Shown: positions 16,682 through 26,260, numbered from the stretch's first letter. The stretch: DNA of 64,000 nt from a virus (IMGVR_UViG_3300028615_000137:1-64000); one strand, 5' to 3'. Notes: generated by a model not told the origin, from the sequence alone. A program made the numbers and translations.

Positions 16682-17492
16682 GAATTCCGATTTAAGAATA
16701 AAGCTAGAAAATTATACAAAAAGTATAGCCAATAATCTAGCAGTATTCTCAGTTTTTTGGAAGAAAAACGGCGGGAAAAATGTTTGGTTGCTCAACCCAG
16801 CCTGGAAAAACTTCCACAAGGATTATTGGGGGGATAATTTAGTAGTATTTGCAGTAGTTTACAGTCAACAAGAAATAAATCTAGCCTTGAAAGAAGGTTA
16901 CACTTCTGTTATAAATTATTCTTTAATTCCATCTAAGGAAAATTTATCTTTTGAAGAGGCTTTAGATTTGGCTAGAAAATGTTCCTTGTGCAAAGAAAGC
17001 GGTCACGACCGCAGACGTTGCGAGTTACGCAACAAAGTAGAAAAGAATTCTCCAGACCCATGGCACGACTTGGAATGGAACGAGCATTTGGATGCTATGA
17101 AAATAGTCGCCGAAAATCCAAATGGTATGACTCTTGAAGAAATTGGAGCTACTTTGGGCATCACCAGAGAGCGTGTAAGACAAATTGAATATCAAGCGCT
17201 AGAAAAGTTGATCGTAGACGGGTTTGGTTATGATGTATCTGTAATGAATTCTATAAAAAAGAAGTACGAAAGTGGCAAAATTCCCGATACTGTCATGAGA
17301 GATTTACTAGACTGCACACAAGAAGATATTTCAACTAGATTAGACGGTATCGTGTCCCATTCTATAGACGGATTTTTCTTCAGATTTTTAGAATGCGAAA
17401 AATGTCAAGAAACTTTTGTTCGACTTTCTGGTCGCCAGAGATATTGCGAGATTTGTCGGCCAGAAATTAGAGACCGCAGGAAAATTTCATGA
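16515..17492 (+). CDS. Sigma-70 region-4 HTH protein with zinc-binding motifs
   Basis: MTLEEIGATLGITRERVRQIEYQALEKL; CSLCKESGHDRRRC; CEKC...CEIC; start uncertain (possibly ATG ~16605). Confidence 0.75.
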   Translation: MINTGKHFYKTKKSLRKCQEFCEALIRRNFMFKSNSYTKTIENVEQINSLKLLNPENSDLRIKLENYTKSIANNLAVFSVFWKKNGGKNVWLLNPAWKNFHKDYWGDNLVVFAVVYSQQEINLALKEGYTSVINYSLIPSKENLSFEEALDLARKCSLCKESGHDRRRCELRNKVEKNSPDPWHDLEWNEHLDAMKIVAENPNGMTLEEIGATLGITRERVRQIEYQALEKLIVDGFGYDVSVMNSIKKKYESGKIPDTVMRDLLDCTQEDISTRLDGIVSHSIDGFFFRFLECEKCQETFVRLSGRQRYCEICRPEIRDRRKIS

Positions 17493-18112
17493 AAGTTATA
17501 AATCGTACTCATTACGATACGAGAAAACTTAGAAAAATATTCTGCGAAGTACATAATAGAACTGCCAAATATGAAGGCAAATTGCCTACCTGGCAGGACT
17601 TGAAGGTAGAAGTAGTTTACGGCAATTATACTGGAGACGCTTGGCTAAAAGGCGAACCAAGGCCAGAAATAGAAGTTAGAATACCCAAAAATGACGCTAG
17701 TTGTCGATGGCTGGCCATGTTATTCGATCATGAGTTGTTGCATACCTATGGGTATGATCACGACCGCATGGGTCCTATTAGGTGGCTTAACGAAGGCATC
17801 CTAACTAACTATGATTGGATTTATAAATTCTTTGATAAAGATTTGGTACCTGTAGGTAAAAGAAAGAAAGAAAAGAAGAAGGCTACTAAATTACAATTAC
17901 AATTGCAGAGACAAAAAAAGGTGCTAAAACGAGAAAAAGAATGGAAAAAGCGTTTAGAAAAAGCTGAAAAAGCTTGGTATAAAGCAGAAGAAACTTTAGA
18001 AAAAATAAAAAGACAGAAGAAATATTACGAAAAAGTTATCAAAGAGAGTAGAGAAAATGAACAAAGAAAAATTCAAGAATCTTGCAAGCAACATGACTGT
18101 CGGTCAAATTAA
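17489..18112 (+). CDS. Putative zincin metallopeptidase-like protein with basic coiled-coil tail
   Basis: HELLH...H motif. Confidence 0.55.
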   Translation: MKVINRTHYDTRKLRKIFCEVHNRTAKYEGKLPTWQDLKVEVVYGNYTGDAWLKGEPRPEIEVRIPKNDASCRWLAMLFDHELLHTYGYDHDRMGPIRWLNEGILTNYDWIYKFFDKDLVPVGKRKKEKKKATKLQLQLQRQKKVLKREKEWKKRLEKAEKAWYKAEETLEKIKRQKKYYEKVIKESRENEQRKIQESCKQHDCRSN

Positions 18113-18278
18113 ATATTATATACAGAATGAAATTGGCGTTTTTCGCATAGCAAAAGTGAGTCGAAACCTTTTTACAGTTACTTGTAAGAGAAAAGATTCC
18201 GAAAAATTGAATATTTTCTCATTGATCTCTGCCGAAAATGAATACATAATTACTAATAGAGATGATTATGTGGCCTAA
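18057..18278 (+). CDS. Hypothetical protein
   Basis: ORF track. Confidence 0.5.
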   Translation: MNKEKFKNLASNMTVGQIKYYIQNEIGVFRIAKVSRNLFTVTCKRKDSEKLNIFSLISAENEYIITNRDDYVA

Positions 18279-18483
18279 AGCAAAAGCGAAGAAATCTGAA
18301 CCAATTTACGTTAAAGTTCAGGTTATTGAACCGATTGTTGAAACGAAGCTTCTGGAAAATGCTGAAAAGGATACCAAAGTGGTAGAATATCATTATGGAT
18401 ACGAGAAATACCGACAAATGCAAGAAGAAGTTGAGTGCGGCAAAATCCGATTGGAAAGAAGCAAAAAATTGGTTTCTCTATGA
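18262..18483 (+). CDS. Hypothetical protein
   Basis: ORF track. Confidence 0.45.
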   Translation: MIMWPKAKAKKSEPIYVKVQVIEPIVETKLLENAEKDTKVVEYHYGYEKYRQMQEEVECGKIRLERSKKLVSL

Positions 18484-18554
18484 TTATTGGATTAGAAAGT
18501 ATGCTAAACATTTAGCTAAAAGGGCTAGACGTAGATTGAATAAGGCAGAAATAA

Positions 18555-18764
18555 ATGAACAAAAAGCCGACATGTTGTAGTTGCGGATATCCGTGCGATT
18601 ACGTTGGATTGTACACCGTAGAAGGATGTACTAATCCAGATTGTCAATTTTATCAGGAAGTTGATACCATCCCCTGTCCGATGCCAGATTGGTTTGGGGC
18701 ATCCCAAGAAATGCAAGACTTCATTGATTATTTAAACGGGATGGATAATGATTCGGCGGATTAG
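18555..18764 (+). CDS. Small Cys-rich protein
   Basis: CCSCGYPC...C...C. Confidence 0.55.
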   Translation: MNKKPTCCSCGYPCDYVGLYTVEGCTNPDCQFYQEVDTIPCPMPDWFGASQEMQDFIDYLNGMDNDSAD

Positions 18765-19266
18765 TATCACGTTATTGTTTATTTGTTCTTTTACCTTCGT
18801 TGGCTCTTGCAAAGGCGCGCAACTGGTGCGCAAACCCTTAGCATCCGATTATATGGTCGTTGCTAACATGACATTAAATGAATGGGTTAAAGCTGGGAAG
18901 CTATTCAACAGGACATGTTGGTCGTCTATGAAGGATTCTAGAGTTCTCGTGGCCGGTTGGGATTTGTTCGATAAATATTGTCGAATAGAAGAACCAATTT
19001 CTGGTTCAATTTCTAGAATTAAAACTCCAGTTTCTGCTGGCGGAACGCTCTATGGATGTCATACTATATATGACGGAAGTTCGCTGATACTTATCGACAA
19101 ATCATTAAACTACAACGAAAGATTGAAAACTTTAGCGCATGAATACCTTCATTTATTGGGAAAATGCTCGTTAGATCCTCTTGGAACGGATGGTAAACAT
19201 TTAGATGTAGTGAGATGGAAAATAATTCTTCCAATCTTAGAACGAGAAATTGACAGAATTTATTAA
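18748..19266 (+). CDS. Putative exported/lipoprotein metallopeptidase-like protein
   Basis: Signal-like N-terminus ending VGSC; TLAHEYLH. Confidence 0.55.
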   Translation: MIRRISITLLFICSFTFVGSCKGAQLVRKPLASDYMVVANMTLNEWVKAGKLFNRTCWSSMKDSRVLVAGWDLFDKYCRIEEPISGSISRIKTPVSAGGTLYGCHTIYDGSSLILIDKSLNYNERLKTLAHEYLHLLGKCSLDPLGTDGKHLDVVRWKIILPILEREIDRIY

Positions 19267-19274
19267 GACTAGAA

Positions 19275-19427
19275 ATGAAAAATTCTATTAAAGAAAAAAT
19301 GAAAAAAGTACGCAAACTAAATATTGAAACAAAGAATATTGCTACAAGGACTACCAGTACGATAAATGCATGGAAAGTCGTCTTTAATATCAAAGATAAA
19401 AATCTAAAGGGTGTAAGCCGCGAATAA
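19275..19427 (+). CDS. Small basic hypothetical protein (50 aa)
   Basis: Manual: MKNSIKEKMKKVRKLNIETK...KGVSRE*. Confidence 0.45.
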   Translation: MKNSIKEKMKKVRKLNIETKNIATRTTSTINAWKVVFNIKDKNLKGVSRE

Positions 19428-19488
19428 TTGACATAATCGTTATCTATTAATAACCTACGTCTTATAAAGGAAGGGACGTAGGTTTTTT
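19428..19488 (+). promoter_or_regulatory. Sigma-70 promoter overlapped by a terminator-like hairpin
   Basis: TTGACA-N17-TAACCT; aacctacgtc/gacgtaggtt inverted repeat followed by T-run directly before ATG 19489. Confidence 0.6.
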
Positions 19489-19734
19489 ATGGCCAAAAAG
19501 GAAAGGGATCGTCGTATACATCGCAATGCGATAGTGCTTAGATGTACAGACGCCCAACATGCTGCACTTAAGAGGTTTGTAGAAAAAATTAACGAAGATA
19601 GAAAATCTAAAGGTAAAAAAGAAATAGCACTTTCTACTTGGATTAGAGAATTTGTCTTGTTAGAAACTGGGAACGCTCGCCTTTCAGAAGACGAATACCT
19701 GAAGACTATCTTAGCTTTAACCAAAAAGAGCTAA
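19489..19734 (+). CDS. Small DNA-binding protein (ribbon-helix-helix-like)
   Basis: IVLRCT strand, helix, LSTWIREFVL helix; basic. Confidence 0.55.
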   Translation: MAKKERDRRIHRNAIVLRCTDAQHAALKRFVEKINEDRKSKGKKEIALSTWIREFVLLETGNARLSEDEYLKTILALTKKS

Positions 19735-19786
19735 AAATAGGAAAATATTTAGTATTTCGGTATGATGATACTAAAGGAACCGGAAA

Positions 19787-20131
19787 ATGCGGAATAGATA
19801 CAATTTTGACCTAAAAGTCTACGAATTGCCGCATAAAAATCCCTCTTCGTTAAAAGAGTCAGAAGAAAATAAAAATTTAATTCCTTTGGACTCCGAGTTC
19901 CCCAATTTTGTAGTAAGAGCCGGACAATTGGATAAAGCTCTTAAATTGGCGAAAGAACACATTATTTCTAAAGGCAAAGAAATTAGATCTTGCAGCGTTT
20001 CAAATAAGGGAACCATTGTAGCAGTAGTTTATAGCAAAAAAGATACAAATTTTCCAAAACCATTATTATTCGAAAGCAGAGTAAAAACAGTTGCAAAGCC
20101 TAGAATTAGACGCCGAAGGAAAGTCAAATGA
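19787..20131 (+). CDS. Basic hypothetical protein
   Basis: ORF coupled to portal. Confidence 0.65.
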   Translation: MRNRYNFDLKVYELPHKNPSSLKESEENKNLIPLDSEFPNFVVRAGQLDKALKLAKEHIISKGKEIRSCSVSNKGTIVAVVYSKKDTNFPKPLLFESRVKTVAKPRIRRRRKVK

Positions 20132-21906
20132 AAATTAGGAAAAAGACCAACGGCGATATTTCAACGCGTAGAAATGCCTTGGTGAAGGCACATTTTCTAC
20201 AAGGAAACCCAGCAATTTCGAATGTTAAGCCTACTGAGACGGAACTACGAAATCAAGATATTTTTCGCAATCATGGCACCCTACCTGCTCCTTATGTAGC
20301 AGAAACTCTGATAAAAATTTTCGAACACTCGAACGCTCTACGACAAAATATTGACGCTTATGCATTCAATATTGATGGACAAGGCCACACTTTTAAGCCA
20401 ATAATCGATTTAGATTCCGACGACGCAGAAGACCAAATTTCCATTTCCTTGTTTTTGGAAAAGGCTCATAAAAATGGTTCTATTAAAGGCATAGATTTAC
20501 CTTCAGATAAAGAAGTAGCAGAAAAAAAGAAAGAAATAGAAAAAGAAATTCTTGTAGAAAAATCTATACTCAAAACTTTTTTCGACTCTTGTTGCCCTGA
20601 CAGAAGCTTTCCTTCATTGCGCAAAGAAACGAGACAGGATACTGAAGTTACGGGCAATGCATATTGGGAAGTAATTAGAAACGCCAAAGGAATAATTGCA
20701 GAGATCAATTTGATTCCTTGTTGGACTGTTAGGCTATTGCCTCTACAAGAAAAGAACGAATCTGTAGAAATAAGAGAAAAGTTTAAAGATACGCAGTTTA
20801 GCTACTCACACAGAAAAGTCAACAGACGATTTCGAAAATTCGTTCAAGTATTTAACAATATAACTGTTTGGTTTAAACAACTTGGTGATCCGAGAATAAT
20901 GTCCAGCGCTACTGGCAAATATTACCAAACAGTAGAAAATTTGCAAAAAGCGGAACCGGGTGTAGCTCCCGCAACGGAAATTTGGCATCACAGAATACCT
21001 ACAAGCCGTAGTCCATATGGCATTCCTCGATGGATTGGCAGTTTGATTTCGGTCTTAGGCTCTAGGGAAGCAGAAGAGGTAAATCTTCTATATTTTCAAA
21101 ACAAATCTGTTCCGCCTATGGCAATTTTGGTATCTGGTGGGAGATTGAATGAGGAATCCATACACAGAATCGAAAACTACATCGAGAATCAAATTCGGGG
21201 TAAGAAAAATTTCCATAAAATTATGGTGTTAGAGGCCGAACCGGCCGAAATTGGCGCTGCGTTAGATTCTGGTACTGGCCGCATTAAAATGCAACTAATT
21301 CCGTTGACTTCCGCTCAACATAACGATGCTCTGTTTCAAAAATACGACGAAAGAAACATAGACAAAGTCGGCATGCAATTTAGATTGCCTCGTTTGCTTA
21401 GAGGCGATATTCGCGATTTCAACAGAGGTACCGCAGATGCTGCTATAGCCTTTGCTGAAGTTCAAGTTTTCGCACCCATCCGAGACGAATTCGATTGGTT
21501 AATAAACAAAATTCTTCTACCAGAGTTGGATATTAAATATCACGTTTTCCGTTCAAATTCTCCGATTACAAGAGATCCTGAGAAGTTGGCTCAAATGATA
21601 GCCAAACTTGCGGAACAAGTTCTTACTCCGGAAGAAGCCAGAGATTTGGCAGAAGACGTTTTCAACAAACCTTTCAATAAGTTAGATACTACTTGGACTA
21701 AGATTCCACAAAAACTCCTTATTGAAGGTATTACTCCGGAAACAACTTCTGAGGATATAGACGAGGCGCGAAGAGCACTTAAACAAGTGCGACAAGGGAA
21801 AGTACAAACTCAAACGTCCCAAGATGCTTCGGAACAGAATGCTGACAAAAAGTCTTCGAATAAAGAAGAACCTAAAAATAATAAAGAAACTAAGGAAAAG
21901 GGGTAA
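20128..21906 (+). CDS. Portal protein (PBSX-family-like)
   Basis: D.EVTGNAYWEVIRN, EIWH, YGIPRWI, NLLYFQNKSVP, FRLPRLL.G..DFNR.TA. Confidence 0.9.
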   Translation: MKIRKKTNGDISTRRNALVKAHFLQGNPAISNVKPTETELRNQDIFRNHGTLPAPYVAETLIKIFEHSNALRQNIDAYAFNIDGQGHTFKPIIDLDSDDAEDQISISLFLEKAHKNGSIKGIDLPSDKEVAEKKKEIEKEILVEKSILKTFFDSCCPDRSFPSLRKETRQDTEVTGNAYWEVIRNAKGIIAEINLIPCWTVRLLPLQEKNESVEIREKFKDTQFSYSHRKVNRRFRKFVQVFNNITVWFKQLGDPRIMSSATGKYYQTVENLQKAEPGVAPATEIWHHRIPTSRSPYGIPRWIGSLISVLGSREAEEVNLLYFQNKSVPPMAILVSGGRLNEESIHRIENYIENQIRGKKNFHKIMVLEAEPAEIGAALDSGTGRIKMQLIPLTSAQHNDALFQKYDERNIDKVGMQFRLPRLLRGDIRDFNRGTADAAIAFAEVQVFAPIRDEFDWLINKILLPELDIKYHVFRSNSPITRDPEKLAQMIAKLAEQVLTPEEARDLAEDVFNKPFNKLDTTWTKIPQKLLIEGITPETTSEDIDEARRALKQVRQGKVQTQTSQDASEQNADKKSSNKEEPKNNKETKEKG

Positions 21907-22244
21907 TGAATCAAAATTTTGAACAATTTATGAGTGGCGAATTGCCAAAAATGGTGACAGCAGAGTGGTATGGTAGGATTCAGAAAAGTTTTTCTACTAC
22001 TATTCGAAACTCGTTTATTGACGACGGTTCTACGCCTACAAGAGATGAAATAAAGCGAAGATTCGCTATTTGCATGAATTTATTCTGTATTCTCAGACGA
22101 GAGTTGAATAAGGCTGTTCCAAGGTGCTTGGACGAAATTCCAATTGGTCTTAGAGCCGCTTTAGACGGGACTAGTTGGGAACCAGACGGAGAAAAAGACA
22201 GGAAATGTTGGATTCCTGGAGATCCCTTAGATTTCATGAAATGA
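21906..22244 (+). CDS. Hypothetical protein in head module
   Basis: TAATG-coupled to portal. Confidence 0.65.
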   Translation: MNQNFEQFMSGELPKMVTAEWYGRIQKSFSTTIRNSFIDDGSTPTRDEIKRRFAICMNLFCILRRELNKAVPRCLDEIPIGLRAALDGTSWEPDGEKDRKCWIPGDPLDFMK

Positions 22245-22324
22245 ACGAAATCTTGAGACTTTATGAAATATTTGCGACTATTATAGGAGAATTTAAGTCT
22301 CCCTTGAAAGGTTAATGAGAAAAA

Positions 22325-23068
22325 ATGACTGAGACGCTTAAAAAGTTGGCTGAACTTCTGGAAACGCTTAATGCGCCGGAAGTTTCTAGTGATGAAGATT
22401 ACGTTAGTCTTGCTACTCCTAATGATGTTGAAAAGTTTTTGGTTGAGCATGTTGAAGAACTTGCTAAAGCCGAAGGCGAGGAACAAAGCGCTCGTGCGCG
22501 ACATTTACTTTACGCAATTGAAGAGATTAACAAGGCATTTGACGCGCAGAGTTGGGCTTCTGATAAATTCTCTGGTGATGTTCCAGTTCCCGCTCCTGCT
22601 AAGCTTCGCATGTTCAAAGATCCCGGGCAATGGCCGCACACCATGTCGACCAAAAATGTGACGTCGGAAACCGTTCCTGGTGCTAGTGGTGCAAACTACA
22701 CTCCCGATAGTCAGCCAATGCAGCCAGCTTTTACAGGCACTCGTTCCAATAGTGGTGATAAGCAGCCCCCCGCCAAGAGCATGGGTCCAAGTGGCAACCC
22801 GTGGGTTCCGCCGGCTTCGAATTTTGCTAAGGCTGTGAGCGAAGCTACTGAAATGCTGAAAGCTTTGTTAAACAAAGAAGACGCGACCGAAGAGACAAAG
22901 GTTGCCGATGCAGAGACAAAAACTGAAGAACCCACCGTTCAAAATGATGAAACAACTGTTGTTAAGGCGGATGAAGAGAATTGGGCGACTGATTTGAATA
23001 CTCCTGAGTTTTTAGGCGAGGAAAATTCCGAAGATAATAGCGTTTTCGTTTGGCCAGACCACGGCTAA
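22325..23068 (+). CDS. Acidic scaffold-like/internal head protein
   Basis: Acidic, low complexity, repeated xxKA motifs; position. Confidence 0.55.
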   Translation: MTETLKKLAELLETLNAPEVSSDEDYVSLATPNDVEKFLVEHVEELAKAEGEEQSARARHLLYAIEEINKAFDAQSWASDKFSGDVPVPAPAKLRMFKDPGQWPHTMSTKNVTSETVPGASGANYTPDSQPMQPAFTGTRSNSGDKQPPAKSMGPSGNPWVPPASNFAKAVSEATEMLKALLNKEDATEETKVADAETKTEEPTVQNDETTVVKADEENWATDLNTPEFLGEENSEDNSVFVWPDHG

Positions 23069-23071
23069 TTT

Positions 23072-24250
23072 ATGCGAACAAGAGTTAAAAAGACAAAAAT
23101 CGAGAAAAGTGCTGCTCCAAAAGTAGAGGAGCAGCACGATTCTATCGAAAAAAAGATAGTCCAGCAAAACGATCAATGGTGTGTTGTATCAGAATCTGGT
23201 CGTAATATGGGCTGTTATGACAGTAAGTCTGAAGCTGTCGAAAGACTTCGGCAAATTGAAGCTCATAAGTCTTCTGAAGATAAATTGCCTAAAATTCTAT
23301 CCTGGGAAGCTGTTCGCACGGGAATGATTGATTCCGAAGGGAGTGGTCTACCGGAAAGTCTCGAAAAAGATGTTCCGCCAGAATTCAGATTCTGGAATCT
23401 GGAAAAAGAGGAAGATAAGAAAGCTTGTCGAGATGCTTTGGTAGAAGCTCAACTTTTTACCGAAGAGACTATTAAAGAAGTCAACGGCGAATTGCGAAGG
23501 GTAGAATATCACGAATGTGTGAAAATGTTTCTACCACCCGAATATGACACGGAAATTGCTCCCGTTGTACCCAGTAGAAAGCGACCGATTGAAAAAGTTG
23601 CTTCGTATTTGAAAGAAAACGATGAAGATGTCGTTCTTTTTGATGAACAAGTAACTTCGGCTGTGGGCTTAGTTTCGATTTTGGAAAAAGTTCAGACTCT
23701 GAAGAGTCCGTGGATTGTAGCCACCAAAAATAATAAAGAAAATAAAGAACTTTTCAAGCCTTATGGCGGATTTGTGCTGAAATCTGACCACAATATTCTA
23801 TTTGCCACTTCGGCAGAAATAGAATTTGAAGATTTAATCGAGCGAGTCACTACCACTAAGGAAGAAGACATTCTTACCAAGGCTTTTGAGCATGTTTCAA
23901 TTCTCAAAGGCGGGGAAGAGCGCATTATCTACGGAATTGTGCTCGAACCAGACGAGGTAGATTCGCAGAATGATACGGTTTCTAAAGACGAAATTCGCCA
24001 AGCTTGCCACAAATTTATGGAAGAATTTGGCAATCTTGGCCTTCAACACCAGGAAATGATTACTGGAAAAATTAAACTTCTGGAGAATTTTATAGCTCCT
24101 GTAGATTTCGTAGTCGACGGCCAATCAGTCAAAGAAGGCACTTGGCTCATGAAAGAGCGAGTTATCGACGACGATTTATGGGAAAAAGTTAAAAAAGGCG
24201 AAATCACTGGATATTCTATTGGTGGTTCTGCGCGGAGGATACCGGTATAA
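23072..24250 (+). CDS. Prohead protease (XkdF-like domain at C-terminus)
   Basis: ERIIYGIVLEPDEVDSQND, EI..ACHKFM, QH, KEGTWLM, LWEKVKKGEITGYSIGG. Confidence 0.88.
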   Translation: MRTRVKKTKIEKSAAPKVEEQHDSIEKKIVQQNDQWCVVSESGRNMGCYDSKSEAVERLRQIEAHKSSEDKLPKILSWEAVRTGMIDSEGSGLPESLEKDVPPEFRFWNLEKEEDKKACRDALVEAQLFTEETIKEVNGELRRVEYHECVKMFLPPEYDTEIAPVVPSRKRPIEKVASYLKENDEDVVLFDEQVTSAVGLVSILEKVQTLKSPWIVATKNNKENKELFKPYGGFVLKSDHNILFATSAEIEFEDLIERVTTTKEEDILTKAFEHVSILKGGEERIIYGIVLEPDEVDSQNDTVSKDEIRQACHKFMEEFGNLGLQHQEMITGKIKLLENFIAPVDFVVDGQSVKEGTWLMKERVIDDDLWEKVKKGEITGYSIGGSARRIPV

Positions 24251-24298
24251 AACTTGCTATAATCCATATTTTCCATGTTACATTTATATTTATAAAAC

Positions 24299-25183
24299 AT
24301 GTCTTACCGCAAAGATAAAAAAATTACTAAACTTCAAGACTTAGAAGTCCATGAAGTTTCAATTGTTGATCGTCCTGCAAACCAACGCCGTTTTCTGACG
24401 GTCAAAAATGCTGCTGATCAAGCAGGCGAAGAAATTGATAGTGACGAGCAAGGCAACTTAGTCACGAAGCCAAAGGCGGTAGAAAAGAACATTCTCGCTC
24501 TTAGCGAAGAGCTTAAGATGGAAGCTTATAACACTCTTCCAAGAATTTGTAGACGGCTGGATACACTTTACACGGTTATCGAATATGCCAACTGGGCAGA
24601 AGAAGGTCCCGGCGGTCTAGCTAAGCTTGTTGGCAAAGAAATGCAAGATTTGGCTAAGGGTATGGACGAACTTGGTAAAAAATTTGGTTCGGTTGAAAAA
24701 AGCGATTCGGTTCCTGAAGATTTGGAAAAACATTTTGCTGAACTTGCATCCGAAATCAAGAAAGATAATTCAGAAATTAACGAAACTAAGCTTCAAGGGT
24801 TGGTAGAAATCCTTGAACAAAAAGTTCAAAAAGAAGGACAAGAACAGATGTCTAATAAAGAGGAAAATACTCTTGAAGCTATTCACGGTCTTTTGGCCAA
24901 TCTTACTCAGACGCTTCAGGGTGATGCTGATAAGTGCGTGATCAAGTCTGAAGAGACTGAGACTGAAGATAACTCGGAAGAGAATTTTAACGACGCTATC
25001 AAAGAGTTTAAGAACACAGTCGAGACAATGAAGAGCCAGCTTGAAGAGAAAGATGCTCGGATTGCAGAGCTTGAAAAAGCTGCTCCTCTTAGTAACGGTG
25101 TTGTAGCAGAACAAGTCGAAAAAGAAGATACCGACGATGAACTGTGGCCCTACGACATGAACGAAAGTTCGGAAAAATTTTAA
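24299..25183 (+). CDS. Scaffolding protein with N-terminal protease-fold segment
   Basis: LQDLEVHEVSIVDRPANQRRF then acidic coiled coil; directly upstream of MCP. Confidence 0.75.
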   Translation: MSYRKDKKITKLQDLEVHEVSIVDRPANQRRFLTVKNAADQAGEEIDSDEQGNLVTKPKAVEKNILALSEELKMEAYNTLPRICRRLDTLYTVIEYANWAEEGPGGLAKLVGKEMQDLAKGMDELGKKFGSVEKSDSVPEDLEKHFAELASEIKKDNSEINETKLQGLVEILEQKVQKEGQEQMSNKEENTLEAIHGLLANLTQTLQGDADKCVIKSEETETEDNSEENFNDAIKEFKNTVETMKSQLEEKDARIAELEKAAPLSNGVVAEQVEKEDTDDELWPYDMNESSEKF

Positions 25184-25231
25184 TTTGCTGGTCCCCGCGA
25201 TCGGTTTAACTAGAAAATAAGGAAATAAACA

Positions 25232-26182
25232 ATGTCTGATAATATGGATAACAGGACTCTGCTAGAAAAGGCGGATTTGGCCCTATCAGATCTGACGGGG
25301 ACAGCGGGTGCTATGGTCCCTGCACAGGCGAAAAAGTTCATTCGACTGTTGATTCGTCAGAGTGAAATCTTGGGAATGGCGCAAGTTAAGCCGATGGCTA
25401 GCTTCAAACAGCGTCTTGAGAAGGTTCGTTTCGGTAGTCGCATTCTTCGTGCTGGCACAGAAGCAACTGCTTTGTCGGCCGGCGACCGCTCGAAGGTCGA
25501 TCTTAGTCAAGTTGAGTTGGATGCCCAGCTCTTCAAGGCGCAGGTTGATCTGAACAACGAAGTCTTAGAGGATTCGATAGAACAGCGCATGTTGCTTCAG
25601 ACGACCATGGATATCATGGGTGACGCGGTTTCGCGTGATATGGACGAGGTTATTATTAACGGCGATACTAGTTCGGGTGACACATTCTTGGCCAAATTCG
25701 ACGGCATGCTCGCCGCGGCTACTTCTAACGTGGTCGCTTTGGGCCCAACTTCGCTAGATACGCCTGTTCTTAAGGCAATGCTTAAGACAATGCCAAAGGA
25801 ATTCATTCGTAATAAGAAAAAGCTTCGTTACCTCACGGCTATGGATGCTGAGACTGATTACCGCGATACGCTTAGTGAGCGAGCGACGGTGGCTGGCGAT
25901 AAGTTCCTGCTCAACGACGCCCCCGTTATGTACTCGGGCGTGCCCATTCAAGATGTTCCCATGTTTCCCGAAGATCTGAATCTTCACGGTGGGAGCAACG
26001 AAACTAACGTGATTCTTACGGACCCCAAGAACATTTGTGTTGGTGTGTGGCGCAAGATTCAGGTTGAAACTGATAAGGATGTCGAGAGTGGCGTTCTTAA
26101 GGTCGTTACGACCATGCGTTTCGATTTCAAGTATGTGCACGAGCCGGCTGTTGTCAAGGCTACGGGCATTACGCTTAGCTAA
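25232..26182 (+). CDS. Major capsid protein (HK97 fold, XkdG-like)
   Basis: G.MVPAQAKKFI, EVLEDSIE, DMDEVIINGDT, ILTDPKNI.VG, RFDF; strongly biased codons. Confidence 0.92.
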   Translation: MSDNMDNRTLLEKADLALSDLTGTAGAMVPAQAKKFIRLLIRQSEILGMAQVKPMASFKQRLEKVRFGSRILRAGTEATALSAGDRSKVDLSQVELDAQLFKAQVDLNNEVLEDSIEQRMLLQTTMDIMGDAVSRDMDEVIINGDTSSGDTFLAKFDGMLAAATSNVVALGPTSLDTPVLKAMLKTMPKEFIRNKKKLRYLTAMDAETDYRDTLSERATVAGDKFLLNDAPVMYSGVPIQDVPMFPEDLNLHGGSNETNVILTDPKNICVGVWRKIQVETDKDVESGVLKVVTTMRFDFKYVHEPAVVKATGITLS

Positions 26183-26196
26183 TTTCTCGCGTTTGC

Positions 26197-26238
26197 AAAA
26201 GTGAGGAGTCGACGAGGCTCCTCACTTTTCTTTCTTTT
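26197..26238 (+). terminator. Rho-independent terminator after MCP
   Basis: aaaagtgaggag-loop-ctcctcactttt + T-rich tail. Confidence 0.85.
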
Positions 26239-26260
26239 CATTCTAAAAAAGGAATAAAAA

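Noticed and set aside
24248-24298. Stop-codon read-through or recoding joining protease and scaffold
   Set aside because: Two TAA stops in the gap, and genes across the window end normally at TAA/TAG/TGA, so there is no sign of an alternative code.
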